A program made the translations under genes and the position numbers. From positions 1-64,000 of the IMG/VR virus record IMGVR_UViG_3300030330_005745: a stretch of DNA of 64,000 nt, one strand, 5' to 3'. Positions 1 through 9,607 of this stretch are shown here, piece by piece; within the stretch, counting starts at the first letter, position 1; each line of letters begins with the position of its first letter. Below the pieces are notes generated by a model that was not told the DNA's origin, ran no database searches, and worked only from the letters and a program-made list of their open reading frames with translations. The DNA comes from a virus. Taxonomy: Duplodnaviria; Caudoviricetes.

Positions 1-2
1 AT

Positions 3-1076
3 AACACTGCTGTTGGTTGCAACGCTCTTACTGATAACACCACAGCAAGCAACAACGTCGCGGTCGGCTACAACGCACTCAACGACAACACCACTGGCTC
101 TAAGAACCTTGCTGTTGGTGCGCTTGCACTTGATGCAAATACCACTGGTAATAACAACACTGCTGTTGGTTACAACTCTCTTGGAGCCAACACCACTGGA
201 AGCAACAACAATGCGTTCGGTGAAGACGCCTTAGCAAATAACACATCTGCAGGCACTAACAATGCTTTTGGTTGTTCTGCTTTGAAGCAAAATACTACTG
301 GCATTCAAAACACAGCTTTCGGACAAGCCGCTGGGAAACAAATCACAACAGGTAGCCAAAACGTTGCTGTTGGATACAATGCTTTGACATCTAACACGAC
401 TGGCACCAAGAACGTAGCCATTGGCGCTCAAGCTTTAGACAGCAGCACTTCCGCAGGTAGTAACACAGTCATGGGCTACACCTCAGCAGATGCCATAACA
501 AGTGGAGGCGGAAATACCATTCTTGGTTACCATTCTGGCCGAGGAATTACCACTGGCAACGACAACGTTATTGTTGGAAATAATGTCAACACAAACACTT
601 CAGATGATAGTAATTCAATCACTATTGGCCTCAATATTGACGCTATAGGCAGCAACTACTTTACATTTGGCAAAAGCGGCAATCGTGTTTACAACCAGTT
701 CACTTCAAACGCATCGTGGACTCGCAGCTCTGATGTTCGCCTAAAGAAAGACATTCAGACCAACACCGATCTGGGTCTTGATTTTATCAATGACCTTCGC
801 ACAGTTACTTACAAGTGGAAAGCACCTTCAGAGCTTGATTCAACCCTTTCTGGTTACGACGCAACCAAGACAGAAGCTGACTACAGCAGCAAGATGTATG
901 GCTTCATTGCTCAGGAAGTTAAGCAAGCTCTAGACGATCGCAATGTCACTGATTTTGCGGGCTGGACCGAAGACAACGAAGGCGTTCAAGGCATCAGCTA
1001 CGAGATGTTTGTCATGCCACTAGTGAAAGCGGTGCAAGAACTTTCGGCTAAGGTTGCAGCACTCGAAGCAAATTAA
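3..1076 (+). CDS. Tail fibre, 5'-truncated, with 14-aa N-T-A-V-G repeats and C-terminal peptidase S74 chaperone domain
   Basis: Frame of ORF 282..1076 is open from base 3 (NTAVGCNALTDNTT...); C-terminus has SSDVRLKKDI, YGFIAQEV and LVKAVQEL, typical of S74 intramolecular chaperones. Confidence 0.9.
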   Translation, partial: NTAVGCNALTDNTTASNNVAVGYNALNDNTTGSKNLAVGALALDANTTGNNNTAVGYNSLGANTTGSNNNAFGEDALANNTSAGTNNAFGCSALKQNTTGIQNTAFGQAAGKQITTGSQNVAVGYNALTSNTTGTKNVAIGAQALDSSTSAGSNTVMGYTSADAITSGGGNTILGYHSGRGITTGNDNVIVGNNVNTNTSDDSNSITIGLNIDAIGSNYFTFGKSGNRVYNQFTSNASWTRSSDVRLKKDIQTNTDLGLDFINDLRTVTYKWKAPSELDSTLSGYDATKTEADYSSKMYGFIAQEVKQALDDRNVTDFAGWTEDNEGVQGISYEMFVMPLVKAVQELSAKVAALEAN

Positions 1077-1106
1077 TCTATAATTTATTGGGATTACTTT
1101 AAACAC

Positions 1107-1307
1107 ATGACCGCTTCTCAAGAAAAGCTCAACGCTATCGTCCAAGAGCTTGAGTCTGTAATCGCTCAGCACAATGAAGCGATTCGTACCGCTGAATCCT
1201 GCAAAGAACGTGCAGTCTTTCTTCAAGGTGCAGCACAAGCTCTTCGGGAACTGGAAGGTACAGAACCTGTTGTTGAAGCTGAACCCTCCTCAGTAGAAGC
1301 CGAGTGA
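1107..1307 (+). CDS. Small coiled-coil protein between fibre genes (possible fibre assembly factor)
   Basis: 66-aa helical, heptad-like ORF; function inferred from position only. Confidence 0.6.
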   Translation: MTASQEKLNAIVQELESVIAQHNEAIRTAESCKERAVFLQGAAQALRELEGTEPVVEAEPSSVEAE

Positions 1308-1345
1308 AGTAAAATAGGAACATATAAATAAGTTCCTATATCTAA

Positions 1346-4300
1346 ATGGCCTACATTGGACAGCAACCGGTAGTCGGTCGTTATATCCTCCTGGATCAAA
1401 TTTCAGGAGGATTTAATGGGACAACCAGTGGGTTCACGATGTCCACCGCTGGAGGTCAGCAAGGCGTAACGCCTGGGTTGGCTCAAAATGTCTTGCTGTC
1501 CTTGGGCGGTGTCATCCAACATCCTGGTACTGACTACACCATATCTGGCTCTGGCCTTACCTTTACAACACCACCAGCATCCGGTACAACTTTCTTCGCC
1601 ACGGTCTTGGGCGATGCACAGTCTGTTGGTACGCCTAGTGATGGCACCGTAACCCCTGCATCTATTGCCGAGGGATTTGATTTTTCGTTCCCGAACATGA
1701 CCGTTACGGGAGCATTGACTGTTAGTGGTTTAACGACAACGAGCGGCCTAACGGTTACTGGAGACGCAACCGTTCATGGCTTAACTGTTGGCCGTGGTCT
1801 TGGATCTGTTGCGACGAACACGGTCCTGGGCAACAACGCACTAGACGCAAACACCACGGGCAACAACAACACCGCTATTGGTGACGAAGCTCTGTCGGCT
1901 TGCACAGAGGGCTTTAGAAATACCGCAGTTGGCGCGAGCACGTTGGTTCTTCTCACCACGGGAGACAACAACGTTGCTATTGGTGCAGACGCACTTGAGG
2001 CAACTACTACGGGAAATGACAACGTAGCGGTTGGTTTTGACGCGCTTACTTTAAACACAACAGGCAATAACAATACTGCTGTTGGAGATTCTGCTTTAGA
2101 ATCTGCAACTACCGCATCTAATAACGCAGCATTAGGTGCAGATGCCCTTAAAGCCAATACAACTGGCACGTCTAACGTTGCTGTTGGCTATCAGGCTATT
2201 GATGCAAATACAACCGGTGATGCAAACACTGCGGTCGGTAGATCCGCGCTGACTAGCAACACCACTGCTAATAATAACGTTGCTGTAGGTAAACATGCTC
2301 TGTTGGTTAACAGCACTGGCACGTCTAACGTTGCTGTTGGTACAGATGCCCTTGATGCCAATACAACTGCCTCAAACAATGTTGCTGTTGGTCAATCAGC
2401 ACTAACAAATAACACAACTGGTGCTGAGAACACAGCGGTAGGTTTCCAAGCCTTAGAAAAGAACACGACTGCTAACAACAACATTGCCGTTGGTTATCAA
2501 GCTCTAGAAGAAACCACTACTGGCACGTCTAACGTTGCTGTTGGCTATCAGGCTATTGATGCAGGCACAACTGCTTCAAACAATGTTGCTGTTGGTCAAT
2601 CAGCACTAGGAGCTATCTCCACGAATGGCAACTGTGTCGCTGTCGGTCATCAGGCTCTGTTGAACACTACCGCCGGAAACCTAACCGCCGTCGGCTATCA
2701 AGCCTTAAGGATGAATACCAGTGGTACCAATAATGTTGCCCTTGGTCTTCAGGCGCTAAACCTTAATACCAGTGGCAATAACAACACTGCTGTTGGATAC
2801 CAAGCTTTAGATGCTAATACAACTGGAGATGCCAACACCGCAATGGGTCTTAACGCCCTTGGTGCCACCACCACTGGTGATAATAACGTAGCTGTTGGAT
2901 CTGGGGCTTTAGATGTAAACACTACCGGTTCTAGCAATGTTGCTATTGGGCAGAATACTGCTGGCGCCATAACCACTGGCATCCGAAATGTTGCCATTGG
3001 TCAATCAGCTTTAGCAGGAAATACAACTCAATCTCAGAATGTTGCGATTGGGCATGATGCTTTAAATTCTGCTACCGCTAGTAACAATACAGCCGTTGGC
3101 TACAAAAGTTTAGCAGCTAACACCACTGGCACGGAAAACGTAGCTGTTGGCTCACTTGCCCTTGACGCAAATACAGATGGTGGTAACAACACTGCCGTTG
3201 GCAGTCAAGCTTTAGGAAACAATACTGGCGGTGGAAACACAGCAGTTGGCCGTGCTGCATTAAACGCTAATACAAGTGCTGATAATAATACAGCTGTTGG
3301 TTTTAACGCATTGCTCGATAACACCACAGGTGAAAGAAATACAGCTGTTGGTTGTCGTGCTCTTGACGGAAATACCAATCAGGCTGACAACACTGCTGTT
3401 GGTTTCAATTCACTATCTGCTCTCACCTCAGGCAACAGTTGCACTGCTGTTGGATCACAAGCTCTTGAAAATTGTACTAGCGGGTCTGACAACACTGCTG
3501 TTGGTCAAAAGGCACTCGAAGCAAACACCAGCGGTGGTTACAACACCGCAGTGGGGCGTGAAACTCTGATAGCAAACACTACTGGCGATGGAAATACTGC
3601 GGTTGGCGGACTTGCGCTCGACGCAAATACTACGGCCGACGGCAATACTGCAATGGGTTGGGCAGCCCTAAGTGCTAACACTACTGGCAGTCAAAACGTA
3701 GCTGTTGGATATCAGGCTTTAGAGGCAAACACTATAGCTGGTGATAATACTGCTATTGGGTACGGTGCCCTTCAAGACAATACAACTGGCAGTAGTAACA
3801 CTGCCTGTGGACACCGTGCGCTTGCTCGAAATACCACTGGTACCTTCAACGTTGCTGTTGGACGGATTGCGCTAGATAACGTTACCACTGGCTCGCAAAA
3901 CATTGCCGTGGGTTACAACGCTGGCGGCTCAATTACCACAGGAAATGAGAACGTTTGCATCGGTCAAGATACAGGCGATAGAATCACAACTGGCGATCGA
4001 AATGTACTCATTGGCGACGACGCTGATGTTGATGTTTCTGGCAGAGATCGCGCTTGTGCTCTTGGTCAGGGCGTATCGACCTTTGCCACTGATTCCACGA
4101 CCCGGATTCTCGGTGATAACGGTGTTTACAACACAGGCAACACCTCCAATTGGAGTACAACCTCTGATCGTCGTCTGAAGAAGAACATTGTTGATTGCAC
4201 GATTGGTCTTGACACAATCAAGCAAATTGTCGTGCGCAACTTTGAATACAGGACCGCATCGGAAATCACAGATGCAGAACTGCAAAATAATCTCGACATT

Positions 4301-4504
4301 TACACGATTCCTAAAACGGGTGTTCAGGTTGGTGTTATCGCGCAGGAGCTTGAGGCTGTAATTCCAACAGCTGTCGCAACAGACGACAATGGCGTCAAGC
4401 AAGTTCAGCAGGACGAAGTGTTCTGGCACATGCTTACTGCCATCAAGGATCTTGCTGCAGAAAATGACGCACTCAAGGCTAGACTTGACGCAGGTGGACT
4501 CTGA
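1346..4504 (+). CDS. Long tail fibre / receptor-binding protein with many 14-aa repeats and C-terminal S74 domain
   Basis: 1052 aa; cyanophage-type N-terminus MAYIGQQP; repeated NxAVGxxAL; SDRRLKKNI and GVIAQELE at the C-terminus. Confidence 0.92.
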   Translation: MAYIGQQPVVGRYILLDQISGGFNGTTSGFTMSTAGGQQGVTPGLAQNVLLSLGGVIQHPGTDYTISGSGLTFTTPPASGTTFFATVLGDAQSVGTPSDGTVTPASIAEGFDFSFPNMTVTGALTVSGLTTTSGLTVTGDATVHGLTVGRGLGSVATNTVLGNNALDANTTGNNNTAIGDEALSACTEGFRNTAVGASTLVLLTTGDNNVAIGADALEATTTGNDNVAVGFDALTLNTTGNNNTAVGDSALESATTASNNAALGADALKANTTGTSNVAVGYQAIDANTTGDANTAVGRSALTSNTTANNNVAVGKHALLVNSTGTSNVAVGTDALDANTTASNNVAVGQSALTNNTTGAENTAVGFQALEKNTTANNNIAVGYQALEETTTGTSNVAVGYQAIDAGTTASNNVAVGQSALGAISTNGNCVAVGHQALLNTTAGNLTAVGYQALRMNTSGTNNVALGLQALNLNTSGNNNTAVGYQALDANTTGDANTAMGLNALGATTTGDNNVAVGSGALDVNTTGSSNVAIGQNTAGAITTGIRNVAIGQSALAGNTTQSQNVAIGHDALNSATASNNTAVGYKSLAANTTGTENVAVGSLALDANTDGGNNTAVGSQALGNNTGGGNTAVGRAALNANTSADNNTAVGFNALLDNTTGERNTAVGCRALDGNTNQADNTAVGFNSLSALTSGNSCTAVGSQALENCTSGSDNTAVGQKALEANTSGGYNTAVGRETLIANTTGDGNTAVGGLALDANTTADGNTAMGWAALSANTTGSQNVAVGYQALEANTIAGDNTAIGYGALQDNTTGSSNTACGHRALARNTTGTFNVAVGRIALDNVTTGSQNIAVGYNAGGSITTGNENVCIGQDTGDRITTGDRNVLIGDDADVDVSGRDRACALGQGVSTFATDSTTRILGDNGVYNTGNTSNWSTTSDRRLKKNIVDCTIGLDTIKQIVVRNFEYRTASEITDAELQNNLDIYTIPKTGVQVGVIAQELEAVIPTAVATDDNGVKQVQQDEVFWHMLTAIKDLAAENDALKARLDAGGL
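2162..2608 (+). repeat. Near-exact internal DNA repeats in the fibre gene
   Basis: 45-nt exact repeat at 2162-2206 and 2519-2563 (first 26 nt also at 2315-2340); 42-nt repeat with 1 mismatch at 2363-2404 and 2567-2608. Confidence 0.9.
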
Positions 4505-4506
4505 TT

Positions 4507-4800
4507 ATGAAACTTGTTTTTAACATCCTGCTAACTGTATTAGCACTGTTCCCTAACTTATTGATTGGCTACTTGTACATCAACAAGGATGCAATCATCG
4601 AGCAACAAAAAGAAGCCCTGATGAAAGGCATCGGAGGACAGCTATCCAGCCAACTTGGCAAGCAAACAGAAGCTTTAACTGGCAACATGGATTCTTTATT
4701 CGCTGACAAGATCAAACCCGAAATGGACACGCAACACCAAGGACAACTTGATGCGCTGCCCAAGGAAACAGGCCCTGCAATTCCTTTTACAACGCCGTGA
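4507..4800 (+). CDS. Membrane-anchored hypothetical protein
   Basis: N-terminal hydrophobic helix followed by a coiled coil. Confidence 0.7.
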   Translation: MKLVFNILLTVLALFPNLLIGYLYINKDAIIEQQKEALMKGIGGQLSSQLGKQTEALTGNMDSLFADKIKPEMDTQHQGQLDALPKETGPAIPFTTP

Positions 4801-5534
4801 TTAACATTCCGGACATTGGGGTACGATCCATACGGATTGTGCAAATCCCTGATGTCCATTCTTGGACACAAATCGCACCTCTAAATATTCCTCATGCACC
4901 CCCAGTAACCCTGGAGATCGGACTGCCGATCATCAACATTCCTGGTTGTGTTGAAGCACATGAAAAAAACGACAAGTCATCGACAATTTCTAGCGATGAT
5001 CTTAGAGGCGTCATGGTTTTCTGCGATGCAGGAGTACCTTCATACAACCCGATTAATTACAATCCAGAACAATTAATACGTTCAAGCATCCCAGCAATAC
5101 CAAATACGACGAAGCCTTCTACACCTGAAACACCAGTAATCCCCAGTAATCTCCCCGGTACTAGGAAGGAATTTAAACCAGCAGCTCCTGACGACACACA
5201 AGAAGAATGCACAGAAAACTGTGATGAAAAACCTCAATTAATTGAAGAAATTAAACCAGAAAAGGAGTTAAATATTACTGACTATTTACCTGATTTACCT
5301 ACAACTACTACGACGGCAGTCATTGCTGTTGTTGCGACTTCTTCTGCTCTATTAGCAAAGCCGCTTGCCGACTTGCTTCTAAAACTGATAAAGCCGACTG
5401 TGAAGAAGGCCCAGAAGAAACTGCTTGACGCACTTGGGAAGAAGACGAAGACTGAATCGGTGCGTGAGCGTGTCCTTGCTCAGCGTGATCGGAACCGTGC
5501 GATTCTTGCTTTACGGCGGGCTTTGAAGAAATAG
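4797..5534 (+). CDS. Conserved cyanophage-type protein, Pro-rich, with a C-terminal hydrophobic/basic segment
   Basis: GTGA overlap with the upstream gene; GCVEAHE, CDAGVPS and AKPLADLLLK motifs recalled from cyanophage hypotheticals. Confidence 0.75.
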   Translation: MINIPDIGVRSIRIVQIPDVHSWTQIAPLNIPHAPPVTLEIGLPIINIPGCVEAHEKNDKSSTISSDDLRGVMVFCDAGVPSYNPINYNPEQLIRSSIPAIPNTTKPSTPETPVIPSNLPGTRKEFKPAAPDDTQEECTENCDEKPQLIEEIKPEKELNITDYLPDLPTTTTTAVIAVVATSSALLAKPLADLLLKLIKPTVKKAQKKLLDALGKKTKTESVRERVLAQRDRNRAILALRRALKK

Positions 5535-6324
5535 GAATTGAATGCGTGTGTTGTGGAAGATGTCCTGGTGGATTAACCAGAATTACATCCTCACATACTT
5601 TGAAATAAGGTGATTTGGGATGAAAAAGTATGCCTTGTTTTTTCAAATTTCCACAATGTTTTAACCTTCCAATCTCAAAATCTAATCTCTTTGTAGCCAA
5701 TATTTGCTGCTGTATTGCAGTCTGGGTATCAACTGCTGTTTTACAACGTTCTTGCAATCCGCCATCTAAAGGAATAGACAGCGTGGCAGACAGCCCAAAA
5801 TTGATATTATGCGAATTCTTTTGCCCAGTACGTACAGGAACTTGATATAAAACATCTCCCGGATTTAGCAGGTTTCCATCATCATCTGCCCGCATGTCAT
5901 ACACATTATCCATGTAATGTGATTCATATGGAACTTGCCAAGAATTACTAGATGTTACGAACGGGGTAAAATTCAGCGTTGGTCCTTGACAGCTGATTCC
6001 ATTTGAATAGGTGTTGGTGATATAGGGTCCCTGTAAAACCTGGATTGCTTGATTTGTAACTGAACCGCTACTATTAGCAATAGGGTTAGCAGTTGCACTA
6101 ACGCCACCGACAGTATCGCTGTAAGCCGGAGAAGAAAATAAGGTGGCACAACCTATTGCGTAAAAATAGACGTGGTTTCTGTGACGCTTTGGATTTCTGT
6201 GGTTCTTTCGATCACCGTGTGATTCGAGAGCCCTGCCCCTTGGTAGGTCTCTGTGAACGTGAAAGCGCCGCCAGGTGTTTGCAACGACCAGTTGGGCTTG
6301 TTTTGTAAATCCAAACCAGTCCAT
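5320..6324 (-). CDS. Exported cyanophage-type protein (VGGVSATANPIANSSGSVTNQAIQ family); start uncertain
   Basis: Signal-peptide-like segment ending AYS-D; only in-frame ATG lies 172 nt inside the upstream gene. Confidence 0.75.
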   Translation of the reverse strand: MDWFGFTKQAQLVVANTWRRFHVHRDLPRGRALESHGDRKNHRNPKRHRNHVYFYAIGCATLFSSPAYSDTVGGVSATANPIANSSGSVTNQAIQVLQGPYITNTYSNGISCQGPTLNFTPFVTSSNSWQVPYESHYMDNVYDMRADDDGNLLNPGDVLYQVPVRTGQKNSHNINFGLSATLSIPLDGGLQERCKTAVDTQTAIQQQILATKRLDFEIGRLKHCGNLKKQGILFHPKSPYFKVCEDVILVNPPGHLPQHTHSIPISSKPAVKQESHGSDHAEQGHAHAPIQSSSSSQVRQAVSSGPSSQSALSVLEASRQAALLIEQKKSQQQQ

Positions 6325-6608
6325 GTGCTAGTGACTCCGTTCACCGTATTGCTGTCTCTGGTAACAGCCCCTGGTGAAATACTAGCTCCTGAATGTTTAA
6401 TATTGGTACCGGTCACGGAATACTGAAAACCCGTGTTGTAGTCCATTGAGTTAATAACTTCAGAAACTTTTGTCGAAGTTTCTGTCCTTGACACCATGGA
6501 CCCCTGCTGAAAATTTGGTACTACCGGAACGCTATACGCTGACTGAAATAAGCCATGAAGAATACCCAGGAGTAAACCCAGTCCAATACCTTCTTGTAAA
6601 CGTGTCAT
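6153..6608 (-). CDS. Exported hypothetical protein (VPVVPNF family)
   Basis: Signal peptide ending AYS-V; beta-rich mature part. Confidence 0.8.
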   Translation of the reverse strand: MTRLQEGIGLGLLLGILHGLFQSAYSVPVVPNFQQGSMVSRTETSTKVSEVINSMDYNTGFQYSVTGTNIKHSGASISPGAVTRDSNTVNGVTSTWTGLDLQNKPNWSLQTPGGAFTFTETYQGAGLSNHTVIERTTEIQSVTETTSIFTQ

Positions 6609-7109
6609 CTATCGGACAGTCACTTCCGTCACAAATTGTCCAATTGCTGTGGTGCCTGCGCCTCCTGGATTGATCGTGGTAATACCAGCTGAATTGATTA
6701 CACCACTTAATGTTCCAGCCACGCCGCCTGCAGTGGTAGTCACCGTTCCGTAAGCAGGTAAATTAGACACAGTGCCAGTGGAAACAGAGACACCTGTAGG
6801 AATAGCATCGCCGTAGGTAAACGACTCAGACAGGCTGAAAGCAGATCCTGAGGTAGAAATTCCATAGCTACCGGCTCTTAAAGTTGCGGCGGCGGTAACA
6901 CTTGCTGGCGCAGTCAAGCCACCCATGGTCGATACACTTGCGTTATTTCCTGCAACAGAATAAGTACTACCAATGCGTGTTGCTTGTGTGGCGGCAGCGT
7001 CAACAGTGAGCTGTACCGATGAACTCATGCGATGGATGATATCCGCTTGTACAGCGCCAGGAGCCAAACTTAATACTGCAGCTGTAGCCAAGATAGTTTG
7101 GGTTTTCAT
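6609..7109 (-). CDS. Exported Ser/Thr/Gly-rich protein (ADIIHRMSSSVQLTV family)
   Basis: Clear signal peptide ending VQA-D; abuts the next gene. Confidence 0.8.
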   Translation of the reverse strand: MKTQTILATAAVLSLAPGAVQADIIHRMSSSVQLTVDAAATQATRIGSTYSVAGNNASVSTMGGLTAPASVTAAATLRAGSYGISTSGSAFSLSESFTYGDAIPTGVSVSTGTVSNLPAYGTVTTTAGGVAGTLSGVINSAGITTINPGGAGTTAIGQFVTEVTVR

Positions 7110-7177
7110 TACTTATACGTTACTTATACCCCAAGTTTACCATTGGGTAAAATTAGGATTGGGGATAATATCTAACA

Positions 7178-7498
7178 ATGAAACTAGGACCTAACCCAAA
7201 AGAATTAACTGAATACTTAGGTAGTTTAGTTCCAGTAGGTGTCCTCACTTGGGCTTTGGCAGTTTTAACTGCAAGTTACCTTGGTATTGCGACCAAGATT
7301 GATGCGGCTTTTATTTCATCCTTGGTAACAAGTGTCCTTGCTGTGTACGGCATCTCTAAAAAAGATGACGGTAAAAAAGGCACTACAATAAAGAAAGTTA
7401 CCCCAACCGAAGGTAAGGGTAAAGAAACGTCTCCAGACCAAAAATTCACTGCTCCAAAGATCCCATCACCGGATACCGGAAATGAAAAACAAAGCTAG
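7178..7498 (+). CDS. Two-TM small membrane protein with a basic tail (holin-like candidate)
   Basis: Two hydrophobic helices then a Lys-rich C-terminus. Confidence 0.7.
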   Translation: MKLGPNPKELTEYLGSLVPVGVLTWALAVLTASYLGIATKIDAAFISSLVTSVLAVYGISKKDDGKKGTTIKKVTPTEGKGKETSPDQKFTAPKIPSPDTGNEKQS

Positions 7499-7643
7499 AG
7501 ACAAACAAATCAAAGTGAACGTTTGTTGGGAAACAGCAGACGAACGCAAGTGCCATACGTTTAATAAGGATGAAGCCTACGCATTAAAAACCGCCATCGA
7601 AAATGACGGCGGTACGGTGTGGTGGTTTAGCCCTGTCGAGTAA
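7482..7643 (+). CDS. 53-aa hypothetical protein (not in ORF track)
   Basis: Hand translation MKNKARDKQIKVNVCWETADERKCHTF...WWFSPVE; overlaps the upstream stop. Confidence 0.55.
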   Translation: MKNKARDKQIKVNVCWETADERKCHTFNKDEAYALKTAIENDGGTVWWFSPVE

Positions 7644-7805
7644 TCACTCTTTAGGGAATAAGCCGTTCTTGATAAATAACACGGCTTGGTCATCGATAGT
7701 ATTGTCGGTACTTTCCGCCAGTTTGGTAAGAAGATCTACGATCAACTTCTTGACTTGCGGAGAGTTTAAAAATGTGAACAGAACGGGACGAATTAAAGCA
7801 ATCAT
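7644..7805 (-). CDS. 53-aa cyanophage-type small protein (STDNTIDDQAV motif)
   Basis: Hand translation MIALIRPVLFTFLNSPQVKKLIVDLLTKLAESTDNTIDDQAVLFIKNGLFPKE. Confidence 0.75.
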   Translation of the reverse strand: MIALIRPVLFTFLNSPQVKKLIVDLLTKLAESTDNTIDDQAVLFIKNGLFPKE

Positions 7806-7863
7806 TTTGTTACCGGTATAGTCTCACTTATTCTACGGACATAGATCAACGTACAATAATCAA

Positions 7864-8064
7864 CTACCTGTCAAATTCATACTCTGCCTCGACGTAAATC
7901 TCTGCGGTGTGTTCAGAATTCCCTTGTTGACATGCTTTCCGAACTTTTCCGGCGTAATAATCAACAGGTGCAAAGGAATCATTAAGATCCGGCTCTGAAC
8001 TAAAAAAATCGTCAAAGTCTTTCTGATCTACCGTGTAAGACCAGTTCTTTTCTTCGCTTGTCAT
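7864..8064 (-). CDS. Acidic hypothetical protein
   Basis: 66-aa ORF filling the intergenic space. Confidence 0.5.
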   Translation of the reverse strand: MTSEEKNWSYTVDQKDFDDFFSSEPDLNDSFAPVDYYAGKVRKACQQGNSEHTAEIYVEAEYEFDR

Positions 8065-8200
8065 TAAACGTCGTAAACTTTACACATTGGAGCAGATGGG
8101 TTGTGCTCGCAATAACACTCTACACAAGTTACTTCGCCTCTATCGCATGGACACGGAGACTTTTTACCGAAGAGATTCTTAATTGCTTTAAAGACTTTTT

Positions 8201-8926
8201 TCATGGTCTTGTGACAAGGGGTAGAAGAATATCAGGGAAAGGATTGTCTGGAGTGTGTTCACGATCCCAGGCAGTACGCCATTCCGTCAATGAATGTTCG
8301 TGTTCAGTCGCGCCAGTAAATTCTGGGCCAAGGTCGCATTGAATTGCGCTGTCTACATCTAGATCTTCATAAATAATCCTGGAAAAATCTTCAAGCAAAA
8401 GAACCGGAACTGGATCCGCAATTTCAATAACTATACCAACAGCATAGTCAATTAATTCATTCCGTGTATTTGAAATACACAGCATATAGTCGCCAGGCTC
8501 TAACGTGAAATACAGTTCATTTCCACGATCAAGTCGAGCAGAATTAAATTCATTATAGAAATCTGATGTAGCCCCCATGAAGGAACCTGCGTAAGGATAC
8601 GCTACATTTCCGTCACTATCTTTTGTGGAGATACTATCTGCCTGAAATATATTTCTGGCTTGTATTGGATTACGGTTTAAATCATATGCAGAAAGGTTTA
8701 TATGTTTCGCTCGATTACCACCTTTGGCTGTAATAATCCAACCAGGTGTATTTAAAGTAAATTTAAACCAGTGGTTATAAGTATTGCCGCCATAGCCACC
8801 CTGAACTACCTGGTTGGTTGGCCCAAGCTTTCCACGGAGATATCGAACCGAGGTCTGTGCAAATGAGCCAATTGGAAACGGATTTTGAGCCGTCCGCTGT
8901 CTTTGGCTCAATTGGTTACGGGCCAT
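8201..8926 (-). CDS. Hypothetical protein, beta-sandwich-like (PPC-like) core
   Basis: NHWFKFTL and LEPGDYMLCIS patterns resemble pre-peptidase C-terminal-type domains. Confidence 0.65.
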   Translation of the reverse strand: MARNQLSQRQRTAQNPFPIGSFAQTSVRYLRGKLGPTNQVVQGGYGGNTYNHWFKFTLNTPGWIITAKGGNRAKHINLSAYDLNRNPIQARNIFQADSISTKDSDGNVAYPYAGSFMGATSDFYNEFNSARLDRGNELYFTLEPGDYMLCISNTRNELIDYAVGIVIEIADPVPVLLLEDFSRIIYEDLDVDSAIQCDLGPEFTGATEHEHSLTEWRTAWDREHTPDNPFPDILLPLVTRP

Positions 8927-8943
8927 TATTTATAATTATTTGT

Positions 8944-9606
8944 CTATCCTTCATCATAATCTGGGGCATCTTTAACACAAAGAGGATGTGCAATAGTCGG
9001 TTTGTATTGATTTTGCACTACTTCCTGTGTCTTGCCGAGGAGTCGGGCACGGCTCATAAGCATTAGTTTCTCCGCTTCATATTTTGTACAGAACGGATGG
9101 ATACGTTTTGGTGGCATACCTGCATTCCAAGTAGACACCATATGTAGTGGGTTGCCACACCAAGGGTTTCCGCAGACGCGGGTGACAAACATCGAGCCGA
9201 CATCACCCCATGCAGCCTGGTAAATAGCCTTGTGTACATTTACACGTTCTGATTTTTGCTTGCTGTATATCGCCCGATAAGACGGCATGTAAATACGCTG
9301 CGGACCTTTTGAACCAGGGAGGTCGATTTCCCAGCAGTCATTTATATCGGATACCCTAATTCGCTTCCAAAGTTTTTCATATTTAACTTTGTATTCAGGA
9401 TCCATGTAATTGATATCGAATCCACAGATGTTGGACTTGATCTTCAAAACGCAGTGGTAACACCAGTGGTGCGTCATGTCCCGGATGGTATGCCCATGTG
9501 GACAGACGAATCCCCTGTAGTAGCCATGTTCTCGGAGTTCTTGGTCACTGAGAAGATGAATGTCCCGGACGTAGCGGAACTGAGCTTCGCTCACGATGTT
9601 TGCCAT
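8944..9606 (-). CDS. His-Me finger / zinc-binding endonuclease-like protein
   Basis: DCWE...VNVHKAIY...CGNPWCGNPLHM, plus an N-terminal CPHGH/CYHC zinc motif. Confidence 0.65.
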   Translation of the reverse strand: MANIVSEAQFRYVRDIHLLSDQELREHGYYRGFVCPHGHTIRDMTHHWCYHCVLKIKSNICGFDINYMDPEYKVKYEKLWKRIRVSDINDCWEIDLPGSKGPQRIYMPSYRAIYSKQKSERVNVHKAIYQAAWGDVGSMFVTRVCGNPWCGNPLHMVSTWNAGMPPKRIHPFCTKYEAEKLMLMSRARLLGKTQEVVQNQYKPTIAHPLCVKDAPDYDEG

Positions 9607-9607
9607 G

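Noticed and set aside
2162-2608. CRISPR array or DGR template/variable repeats
   Set aside because: The repeats are in-frame coding modules without unique spacers or A-specific mismatches, and there is no cas or reverse transcriptase gene.
1774-4429. Several antisense/alternate-frame ORFs over the fibre gene (e.g. MPVVLALRASAP...)
   Set aside because: They are mirror translations of the repetitive fibre codons, with no independent signals.
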